Shown here: positions 25,152-32,000 of the stretch, one piece after another
Position numbering within the stretch: position 1 is the stretch's first letter
Layout: each line of letters begins with the position of its first letter
Origin: Thermoproteus tenax Kra 1
GTDB lineage: Archaea > Thermoproteota > Thermoprotei > Thermoproteales > Thermoproteaceae
Assembly: GCF_000253055.1 (NCBI RefSeq)
Contig: NC_016070.1
Coordinates: forward strand, 1,230,001-1,262,000
DNA: 32,000 nt
Direction of reading: 5' to 3'
The notes under the pieces: generated by a model
What the model saw: only the letters and a program-made list of their open reading frames with translations
Told to the model about the DNA's origin: nothing
Database searches by the model: none
Position numbers and translations under genes: made by a program

Positions 25152-26501
25152 ATGGCGAGGATAGTGATTGTGGGAGGAGGCGCTGCAGGGGCCTCCGCCG
25201 CAGCTAGGGCGAGGAGGCTCGATCCCAACGCCGAGATAACTATGATCGAGGCAGGAGGCATGATAACTCATGCCCCATGTGGAATCCCCTACGCGGTGAG
25301 CGGCGTCGTCGCCGACTATAGGAGCCTCATGACCTATACGCCAGAAGAGTTCGAGAAAGAGAGGAACATCAGAGTGCTAACGCACACCAAAGCTGTGGAT
25401 GTAGATGTAGACAAACGCACTATCACAATATCTAGGGGAGGGAGGGAGGAGGCGCTACAATGGGACAAGCTAGTTATCGCCACTGGCGCACGTCCGCTGG
25501 TTCCCAAGATACCCGGCGTTGAGCTCTCCGGAGTGTTGACCGTGCGCCTACCTGATGATGTGCCGCATCTTAGGGCGGAGTTAGACAAAGCCACCACAGT
25601 GGGCATTATAGGAGGCGGATATATAGGAGTGGAGATGGCCGAGGCCGCGTTGAGATTGGGGAAAAAGGTGGTGCTCTTCGAGATGATGGACAGACTGCTC
25701 CCCGCGGCGCTTGACTCAGATATGTCTGCCGTATTGGCCGAAGAGATGAGGAAATACGGCGTGGATCTGCATCTAGGAGAGAGGGTAGTTGAACTAAAGG
25801 GGTCCGGAGGGGTCGTCTCGGCGGTCCTCACCGAGAGAGGCGAGTATAGAGTCGATAAAGTCATCCTAGCCGTCGGCGTTAGGCCCGACGTCGAGCTTGC
25901 AACTAAGGCAGGTGTGAAATTGGGTGAGACCGGCGCTGTAAACGTCAACGAGTACATGGAGACCTCTGTGCCCGACGTCTACGCCGCAGGTGATGTGGCC
26001 GAGAAGGTGCACAGACTGACTGGGAGGAGGGTCTGGATACCGTTGGCACCCTCGGCCAACAAGGAGGGGCAAGTGGCCGGGGGAAACGCGGCCAAGGGGC
26101 GCGTGTTGAAGTTCCCAGGGATAGTCGGCACAGCCGCGACTAAATTCTTCGACTTGTATATAGCGAGGACGGGCCTCAGCGAGTTTGAGGCGCAACAGTT
26201 GGGCATAAAGTATGAAAAGGCTGTTATAAAGGCCAGGACCAAGGCACAGTACTACCCTGGCTACGCCCAAGTCCACGTGAAGATGTTAGCCGAGCAAGGC
26301 ACCGGCAGAATCCTCGGCGTGCAGGTCCTCGGATGGGACCACGCAGTGGTCTCCTATGCGGATATATCAGCGATCGCGATCGAGAGAGGGGCCACTATAG
26401 AAGATATGTTCTTCGCCGATATAAGTTACATGCCCGCCACGGCCCCCGTGTGGCATCCGCTGATAGTAGCGGCGAGAGTTTTATCAAGAGGCAAACTATA
26501 G
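25152..26501 (+). CDS. CoA-disulfide reductase/NADH oxidase-like FAD-dependent pyridine nucleotide-disulfide oxidoreductase
   Basis: RIVIVGGGAAGASAAARARRLDPNAEITMIEAGGMITHAPCGIPYAVSG (conserved redox Cys), TVGIIGGGYIGVEMAEA, VPDVYAAGDVAE, EGQVAGGNAAKG. Confidence 0.92.
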   Translation: MARIVIVGGGAAGASAAARARRLDPNAEITMIEAGGMITHAPCGIPYAVSGVVADYRSLMTYTPEEFEKERNIRVLTHTKAVDVDVDKRTITISRGGREEALQWDKLVIATGARPLVPKIPGVELSGVLTVRLPDDVPHLRAELDKATTVGIIGGGYIGVEMAEAALRLGKKVVLFEMMDRLLPAALDSDMSAVLAEEMRKYGVDLHLGERVVELKGSGGVVSAVLTERGEYRVDKVILAVGVRPDVELATKAGVKLGETGAVNVNEYMETSVPDVYAAGDVAEKVHRLTGRRVWIPLAPSANKEGQVAGGNAAKGRVLKFPGIVGTAATKFFDLYIARTGLSEFEAQQLGIKYEKAVIKARTKAQYYPGYAQVHVKMLAEQGTGRILGVQVLGWDHAVVSYADISAIAIERGATIEDMFFADISYMPATAPVWHPLIVAARVLSRGKL

Positions 26502-26552
26502 AGCCATTTATAGTCGTGATTCAATGTTATTAACTTCCTTTTTCGATGAGAT

Positions 26553-27479
26553 ATGATAACGGTCGTCGGAAGCGGCAGAGTCGGCGCAACTACCGCTGCG
26601 ATGCTCGGAGTTCTCGGCGTAGATAACAAAATCGTGTTGATAGATATAATAAAAGGGCTCCCCCAGGGCGAGGCGCTCGACTTGAACCACATGTCCTCCA
26701 TCTTGGGACTGGACGTCTATTACACTGGCTCCAACGACTACGCCGATATGAAGGGGAGCGACTTGGTCATAGTTACGGCGGGTCTTGCGAGGAAGCCCGG
26801 GATGACTAGGGAGCAGTTGCTTGAGCAGAACGCCCAGATAGTGGCCAACATAGGGAAAGAGATAGCCAAGTATGCCCCAGACTCGGTGGTCATATTGACC
26901 ACAAATCCGCTGGACGCCATGACATATGTGATGTGGAGGGCGACTGGATTTTCAAGAGAGAGAGTGGTTGGATTCAGCGGAGTCTTGGACGGAGGCAGAC
27001 TCGCCTTTTATGCGGGGCAGAAGTTAGGGATATCGCCGGCATCGATAATACCGATAGTGTTAGGGCAACATGGGGAGAGCATGTTCCCTGTGCCCAGCAA
27101 GAGCTTTGTATTCGGCGTGCCGTTGGATAAACTGCTGAAGCCGGAGGAGATAAAGGAGGCGGTGGAGGAGACCGTCAAGGCGGGCGCCAGAATCACGGAG
27201 CTGAGGGGCTTCTCCTCCAACTGGGCGCCCGGCGCCGGCGTGGCCATAATGGCCAAGGCAGTTAAACGGGATGAGAGGAGGGCGCTTATAGCGTCCGTGG
27301 TCCTCGACGGCGAGTACGGCGTGAGGGGCATACCTGTTGAAGTTCCCGTGGTCCTAGGGAGAGGCGGCGCCATAAAGGTCTTGGAAGTCGAGTTGTCGCC
27401 TGAGGAGAAACAAAGGTTCCAGCAAAGCGTGGAAGCGATTAGTAAACTATTAAACTCTCTTCCAGCCCAATATAAGTGA
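26553..27479 (+). CDS. mdh: Malate dehydrogenase (LDH/MDH family)
   Basis: MITVVGSGRVGATTAAMLGVLGVDNKIVLIDIIKGLPQGEALDL, TAGLARKPGMTREQLLEQN, TTNPLDAMTYV, VLGQHGESMFP. Confidence 0.93.
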   Translation: MITVVGSGRVGATTAAMLGVLGVDNKIVLIDIIKGLPQGEALDLNHMSSILGLDVYYTGSNDYADMKGSDLVIVTAGLARKPGMTREQLLEQNAQIVANIGKEIAKYAPDSVVILTTNPLDAMTYVMWRATGFSRERVVGFSGVLDGGRLAFYAGQKLGISPASIIPIVLGQHGESMFPVPSKSFVFGVPLDKLLKPEEIKEAVEETVKAGARITELRGFSSNWAPGAGVAIMAKAVKRDERRALIASVVLDGEYGVRGIPVEVPVVLGRGGAIKVLEVELSPEEKQRFQQSVEAISKLLNSLPAQYK

Positions 27480-27886
27480 GTCAAGAGGTACTGGCCGAGG
27501 TTCAAGGCCCTCTGGTTTTCAGAATAATATACGATAGAGAGCTAGACTATTTGTACTGCCATATTCCTATTGATAAAAGGATTACTAGAAACGTTGTACG
27601 CGAAATATCCAATATAACCCATGATCCATGGAGATATGTAGAGGGCTTGGGCCTTGTGCTAGATCTGTCTGCCTGGGCTTCGGAGAACGGCGTCGATCCC
27701 CGAGCTCTGGGCAAGATGTATGAAGCCAAATACCGAGAGATCTTAGATTCTGTAAAGAAGATATTAGATGAAGCCAAAGAGACAGCCGGGGAGAGAAAGC
27801 GTAAGAAAAAGAGGACTAAGAGGAAGAGCAAAAGAAAAAAGAGCAAGAAGAGTAGTGGAAAGAAGAATCGAAAAAGTAAAAAATGA
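27476..27886 (+). CDS. Uncharacterised protein with highly basic Lys/Arg/Ser tail
   Basis: 136 aa; folded-looking N-terminus VFRIIYDRELDYLYCHIPIDKR..., C-terminus ERKRKKKRTKRKSKRKKSKKSSGKKNRKSKK; start overlaps the mdh stop. Confidence 0.8.
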   Translation: MSQEVLAEVQGPLVFRIIYDRELDYLYCHIPIDKRITRNVVREISNITHDPWRYVEGLGLVLDLSAWASENGVDPRALGKMYEAKYREILDSVKKILDEAKETAGERKRKKKRTKRKSKRKKSKKSSGKKNRKSKK

Positions 27887-27905
27887 CACACGGCCGTAGG
27901 ATTAC

Positions 27906-28643
27906 ATGGCCGACGCAACACCCATAGGTCCTGCTCCTGCCGAGGTTCCTCATATTGAGGTGGACGAGGAGACAAAGGAGATCATCAAGGAGACTCTCTC
28001 GCAGATGGACTCAGTTGTAGAGCTACACTATTTCCGAGGGCAACACTGCCAGAGCAGAGACACCAACTGGTGTGTCCCCACTGAGGAGTTCTTGGACTTG
28101 TTAAGCCAGTTGGCTCCTGCGGGCAAGCTGGTGGTGCACAAATACGACGAAGAGAAAGACAAGGACGCCTTCGCCAAATTCGGAGTAGAACCGACCAGAG
28201 TTCCCGCGATCTATTTCGGCGATGGATTCATTAGATATTGGGGCGCTCCGATGGGCGAGGAGGTCAGAGCGTTCATTGAGACCGTGGTGAGACTCTCCAC
28301 TGGCCGCAGCGGGCTGAGGGCTAGGACTAAGAACGAGCTCGCCGCCCTCGCCGAGAAGGCCCAGAAGAGAGTTTACGTCATGACTGTAGTGACGCCGTCT
28401 TGTCCCTACTGTCCCTACGCGGTGCTCCTCGCCAATATGTTCGCCTACGAAAGCAAGGGGAAGGTCGTATCGGTAATGGTCGAGGCCTATGAGAACCCGG
28501 ACATAGCGGATCAGTACGGCGTAACAGGAGTGCCCGCCGTGATTCTAATGAGGGAGGGCGATCCGATGGGCAATATGGAGTTTGTGGGCGTTCCGCCTGA
28601 GCACGAGCTGTTGGCCCGCGTCAAGGAATACGCTGGCCTTTAA
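27906..28643 (+). CDS. Protein disulfide oxidoreductase (two thioredoxin-like domains)
   Basis: Second domain has VVTPSCPYCPYAVLLANMFAYES and TGVPAVIL; first domain HYFRGQHCQSRDTNWCVPTEEFLDLL...VPAIYFGDGFIRYWGAP. Confidence 0.88.
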   Translation: MADATPIGPAPAEVPHIEVDEETKEIIKETLSQMDSVVELHYFRGQHCQSRDTNWCVPTEEFLDLLSQLAPAGKLVVHKYDEEKDKDAFAKFGVEPTRVPAIYFGDGFIRYWGAPMGEEVRAFIETVVRLSTGRSGLRARTKNELAALAEKAQKRVYVMTVVTPSCPYCPYAVLLANMFAYESKGKVVSVMVEAYENPDIADQYGVTGVPAVILMREGDPMGNMEFVGVPPEHELLARVKEYAGL

Positions 28644-29197
28644 TGAGGATCTACTTCGCCACCTCCAACAGGCACAAAGTATTGGAGGCCAGCTCCGTGT
28701 TGAAAAGATACTCCATAGAGGTGGAACAGATAATGGTAAAAAAGCTAGAGGTCCAAGCCGACGACGTTGAGGAGATAGCGAGGACTGCCGCCGAGGATCT
28801 CTGTGCGCGCAGGATGGACATGACAGTCGTTGAGGACGACGGTCTCTATATAAAGGCTTTGGAGGGCTTCCCAGGTCCGTATTCCGAGTACGTCTACAGG
28901 ACTCTGGGGCTCCGGCGGGTGCTCAAGTTGCTTGAGGGCGTTGGAGATCGCTCGGCGTTTTTCAAAGCGGCGGTCGGTTTGTGCAACAACGGTGTGCCGC
29001 ACGTCTTCGTAGGAGTTGTCGATGGCGAAATAGCCTTAGAGCCCAGAGGATTGGGCGGCTTTGGCTATGATCCCATCTTTATTCCAAAGGGGTATAGCCT
29101 CACTTTCGCAGAGTTGAGCATAGAGGAGAAGTCCAAGATCTCTCACCGGGCGCGCGCATTCCAGGCTCTGGCTGAGTGGCTCTTGGCGCATAACTGA
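28643..29197 (+). CDS. XTP/dITP diphosphatase (HAM1/RdgB family)
   Basis: IYFATSNRHKVLEASSVLKRY, VVEDDGLYIKALEGFPGPYSEYV, GLGGFGYDPIFIPKGYSLTFAEL, KSKISHRARAFQAL. Confidence 0.95.
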   Translation: MRIYFATSNRHKVLEASSVLKRYSIEVEQIMVKKLEVQADDVEEIARTAAEDLCARRMDMTVVEDDGLYIKALEGFPGPYSEYVYRTLGLRRVLKLLEGVGDRSAFFKAAVGLCNNGVPHVFVGVVDGEIALEPRGLGGFGYDPIFIPKGYSLTFAELSIEEKSKISHRARAFQALAEWLLAHN

Positions 29198-29204
29198 TTT
29201 ATAT

Positions 29205-30053
29205 TTGAGGCTTACATTTTCCGTGGATATATTGAGCACCCCGCTCTCGGAGGTTGCTACTAAAAACGTAGTGACAATAGGGGAGAAGGAGAGGGTGATA
29301 GATGCGTTGCGAAAGATGGTGGAGCTAGATATAAGGCGGTTGCCGATTGTCAAGAACAAGACATTGGTGGGCATCATCACGGCCCTCGATATACTTGATG
29401 CCATATACTCCATCGTTGAATCGGGCGAGGGGTCGCTCTACGCAGACATATACATGAGACCCGCCGTGGAGTTCGCCACAAGGAACGTAGTGACTGCGAG
29501 ACCTGATATGACTGTGGGCGATGCCATCTCGTTGTTCCTCAAACACAACTTCGGCTCAATGCCCATTGTAGATGAGGAGGGCAACTTGGTGGGCATATTC
29601 ACCGAGTGGGACGCCATGAAGATAGTTGCCAACGCTGGATTTCCCCACAAGGTCAGAGATGTTATGACCAGAATAGTCTACGTCCTCACGAGATATTCCA
29701 CCGTTATGGACGCCTTGGAGGGGATAACTGTATACAGATTCAGAAGATACCCAATAGTGGACGAGAAGGGGAAGGTCTTTGCCATGCTTCACGCCAAGGA
29801 CGTCCTACGTTATTTCGCCGAGGAGGCCACAGTCAATAGGGCCAAAGAGGGAGAGGTCAATGAGATAGTCAACGAGTACGCAGTCAATATAGCGAAGTCG
29901 CCCATATTCCTGGCCACGCCAGACGACTACGTTACAGACGTGGTGAGAAAGATGCTGGAGTACGACGTAGGGGGAGTGCCAGTAGTGGACAAGGACAGTG
30001 GAAACGTGGTAGGCATGGTCACTGAGAAGACGCTCCTCCTTCTCTTTGCTTGA
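29205..30053 (+). CDS. Four-CBS-domain protein
   Basis: Four repeats of CBS motifs: ATKNVVTIGEKERVIDALRKM...GIITALDIL; ATRNVVTARPDMTVGDAISLF...GIFTEWD; VMTRIVYVLTRYSTVMDALEG...HAKDVL; YVTDVVRKMLEYDVGGVPVVDKDSGNVVGMVTEK. TTG start 29205 or GTG 29223. Confidence 0.9.
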   Translation: MRLTFSVDILSTPLSEVATKNVVTIGEKERVIDALRKMVELDIRRLPIVKNKTLVGIITALDILDAIYSIVESGEGSLYADIYMRPAVEFATRNVVTARPDMTVGDAISLFLKHNFGSMPIVDEEGNLVGIFTEWDAMKIVANAGFPHKVRDVMTRIVYVLTRYSTVMDALEGITVYRFRRYPIVDEKGKVFAMLHAKDVLRYFAEEATVNRAKEGEVNEIVNEYAVNIAKSPIFLATPDDYVTDVVRKMLEYDVGGVPVVDKDSGNVVGMVTEKTLLLLFA

Positions 30054-30573
30054 TAATCATAGCCAAGATAAGCCCGGCGATAGTTACGCTTAAGGCGATA
30101 GTTGCCGATCCCAATGCCACAACTAGGGGACCGTAGGGCCCGACGTTGGCCGACAGCGAGCTTTGCGAAAGAGAGCAGCTCAGCCTCAATACGTTGAACT
30201 CGAGCACTCTGACGAGACCCTCGGCTTGTTGAGAGGTGGGCTGTTGATCGCAGTACAGAGAATAGCCCGGCGATGCGGCGTAAACTACAATGATGCGGTG
30301 GTTCTCGGGACATTGTATTAGGAAGGACGTCGGCTGTTGGCTCAGAGAACACGCAGAGAAGGGGTAGCTCAGTCCCACCACTGCCCTGGAGGGAGACGAC
30401 GACGGTATATTAATCCAAGTATAAGTAGAGTTGGGTATAGAATATCTCGTCTCGTTTATCTGGATATAGCCGGGGCCGAATGTGACCGTCGCGGTCTTAT
30501 TTGGGCCTGTCTGTAACAGAGTTTGGGCGCTTACCAGCGCAACAACGGCGATCAACGCCACGAACAGACGCAT
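30019..30573 (-). CDS. Secreted/membrane-anchored hypothetical protein
   Basis: N-terminal signal-like MRLFVALIAVVALVSAQ, Ser/Thr/Asn-rich ectodomain with several Cys, C-terminal hydrophobic helix PLVVALGSATIALSVTIAGLILAMIIKQREGG. Confidence 0.7.
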   Translation of the reverse strand: MRLFVALIAVVALVSAQTLLQTGPNKTATVTFGPGYIQINETRYSIPNSTYTWINIPSSSPSRAVVGLSYPFSACSLSQQPTSFLIQCPENHRIIVVYAASPGYSLYCDQQPTSQQAEGLVRVLEFNVLRLSCSLSQSSLSANVGPYGPLVVALGSATIALSVTIAGLILAMIIKQREGGASSQ

Positions 30574-30624
30574 GGAAGGGATGCAGATGGCCTTAATATT
30601 TCTTTTCGAGCGTATTATCTCAAA

Positions 30625-32000
30625 ATGTTTTTATTTAGTACTGGCTCCGATGGCGTGTCGCTTTCCTCTCTACACGAGGCTGTAAGGAGGGCGTTGGAGG
30701 AGAGGGGGTTCGTCGAACTTACCGAGCCGCAAAAAAGGGCGCTTCCACATATCCTTGAGGGAAAGAACGTGTTGATAGTGGCGCCCACGGGCTCTGGTAA
30801 GACAGAGGCGGCGTTGTTGCCAATTATGTCCAAGTTCCTCGCAGAGGGCCCGGGCGATCCCGGCATATACATTCTCTACATCACTCCCCTCAGGGCGTTG
30901 AACAGAGACCTTCTCGATAGACTGAAATGGTGGGGCGCCAAGCTCAACGTATCTGTGGACGTGCGCCACGGCGATACCGACGAGACTGACAGACAAAGAC
31001 AGAGCAAAAACCCGCCGCACATGCTCATCACAACGCCCGAGATGCTTCAGGCAATTCTCACCGGGAAAAGGCTCTTGGAACACTTGAGACGACTCAGATG
31101 GATCATTGTCGACGAAGTACACGAGCTAGCCGAGGACAAAAGAGGCGTTCAGCTCAGCGTAGCCCTAGAGAGGATAAGGTATCATGTCGGGAGAGACATC
31201 CAGATAGTTGGGCTTTCGGCAACTGTAGGCTCTATAGACGAGGTGGCAAAGTTCTTGTTCGGCGTTGGTAGACCCTACGTTGTAGTGCAAGTGGGCACCC
31301 GCGATATGGATCTCTCGGTGGTCAGACCAAGGCCCACTGCGCGCGACGCTGAGGAGGCAAACAGACTGGGCACACACGAGGAAGTGGCGGCGCGCCTCAG
31401 GTCCATCAAAGAGATGGTTGAAAGACATAAAACAACTTTGATATTTGTAAATACTAGGAGCATGGCCGAGCTACTCGGCTTTAGGCTGTCTCAGGCCTAT
31501 CCAGACCTCCCGGTCGCAGTGCATCACTCGTCGCTCTCCAAGATGGTGAGGCTCTCAGTTGAGAGCGGGCTCAAGAGCGGGGCCCTCAAGGCGGTGGTCG
31601 CTACATCCAGCTTGGAGTTGGGCATAGACATAGGACACGTGGACCTAGTGATACAGTACCTCTCGCCTCACCAAGTAGTGAGGTTAGTTCAGAGAGTGGG
31701 CCGAAGCGGACACAAGCTGACTCTGACGCCAAAGGGGGTAATAGTGGCCGACGATGTGAACGATGCGCTCGAGGCCATCGAGATAGTGAAGAGGGCTAAA
31801 GCCGGCATGCTTGAACAGACCAGAGTTCCCCACAAGCCCTACGACGTCTTGGCAAACCAAGTGGCAGCGTTCTTAATGTTAAAGCCGAGGTGGAGGCTCC
31901 AAGAACTATACGAGGTTATAACAAGAGCGTATCCATACCGCGATCTCACCTTGGATGAGCTCCGAAGGGTAGTCAAATTTTTGAACGAGCTGAGGCCGAG
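30625..32000 (+). CDS. Lhr-like DEAD/DEAH-box superfamily 2 helicase (3' end outside window; absent from ORF track)
   Basis: Open to base 32000: EPQKRALPHILEGKNVLIVAPTGSGKTEAALLPIMSKF, YITPLRALNRDL, LITTPEMLQAIL, IIVDEVHELAEDKRGVQL, VGLSATVGSIDEVAKFL, VATSSLELGIDIGHVDLVIQY, VQRVGRSGHK. ATG 30625 or GTG 30655. Confidence 0.92.
   Translation, partial: MFLFSTGSDGVSLSSLHEAVRRALEERGFVELTEPQKRALPHILEGKNVLIVAPTGSGKTEAALLPIMSKFLAEGPGDPGIYILYITPLRALNRDLLDRLKWWGAKLNVSVDVRHGDTDETDRQRQSKNPPHMLITTPEMLQAILTGKRLLEHLRRLRWIIVDEVHELAEDKRGVQLSVALERIRYHVGRDIQIVGLSATVGSIDEVAKFLFGVGRPYVVVQVGTRDMDLSVVRPRPTARDAEEANRLGTHEEVAARLRSIKEMVERHKTTLIFVNTRSMAELLGFRLSQAYPDLPVAVHHSSLSKMVRLSVESGLKSGALKAVVATSSLELGIDIGHVDLVIQYLSPHQVVRLVQRVGRSGHKLTLTPKGVIVADDVNDALEAIEIVKRAKAGMLEQTRVPHKPYDVLANQVAAFLMLKPRWRLQELYEVITRAYPYRDLTLDELRRVVKFLNELRP

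Noticed and set aside
27847-27886. AAGAAAAAGAG-like A-rich direct repeats
   Set aside because: Explained by Lys/Arg codons in the basic tail of the 27476 ORF, not a repeat element.
1-32000. CRISPR array, insertion sequence, prophage or defence island
   Set aside because: No regularly spaced repeats, transposase/integrase or cas-like motifs were seen by eye. HEPN/MNT-like genes occur singly within housekeeping neighbourhoods.

Overview
The window is chromosomal and looks archaeal. Protein motifs, leaderless genes with TATA boxes about 20-28 nt upstream, a bulge-helix-bulge-type tRNA intron and split ribosomal operons suggest Thermoproteales, Thermoproteus-like (inference). Almost all DNA is assigned. 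In order: a beta-CASP/MBL-type protein C-terminus; AOR-family oxidoreductase; a compact alpha-glucan phosphorylase; a 5-FTHF cyclo-ligase-like protein; a GH57 enzyme; glycogen synthase; a sugar nucleotidyltransferase broken into two ORFs; trpA-trpB2-trpD-trpF; a coiled-coil protein; an isochorismatase-like protein; a KaiC-like ATPase; uL30, uS5, RNase HII; a tiny C2H2 protein plus a Cys-rich HEPN-like protein; UDGb; uL15, SecY; a SPOUT methyltransferase; a VKOR homolog broken by a frameshift; two tiny basic proteins; a left-handed beta-helix nucleotidyltransferase-like protein; intron-containing tRNA-Tyr; a degenerate HEPN-MNT fusion; Trx-CcdA; uL6; thioredoxin; CoA-disulfide-reductase-like enzyme; MDH; a Lys/Arg-tailed protein; a two-domain disulfide oxidoreductase; XTP/dITP diphosphatase; a 4xCBS protein; a secreted/membrane protein; and an Lhr-type helicase running off the end. 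I saw no CRISPR array, transposon or obvious defence island. The points most worth a second look are the VKOR frameshift (its CxxC half is intact in another frame), two compensating frameshifts in the nucleotidyltransferase, the 16.08-16.64 kb zinc-finger/HEPN-like pair, the HEPN-MNT-like fusion with eroded motifs, and the non-canonical tRNA-Tyr intron.
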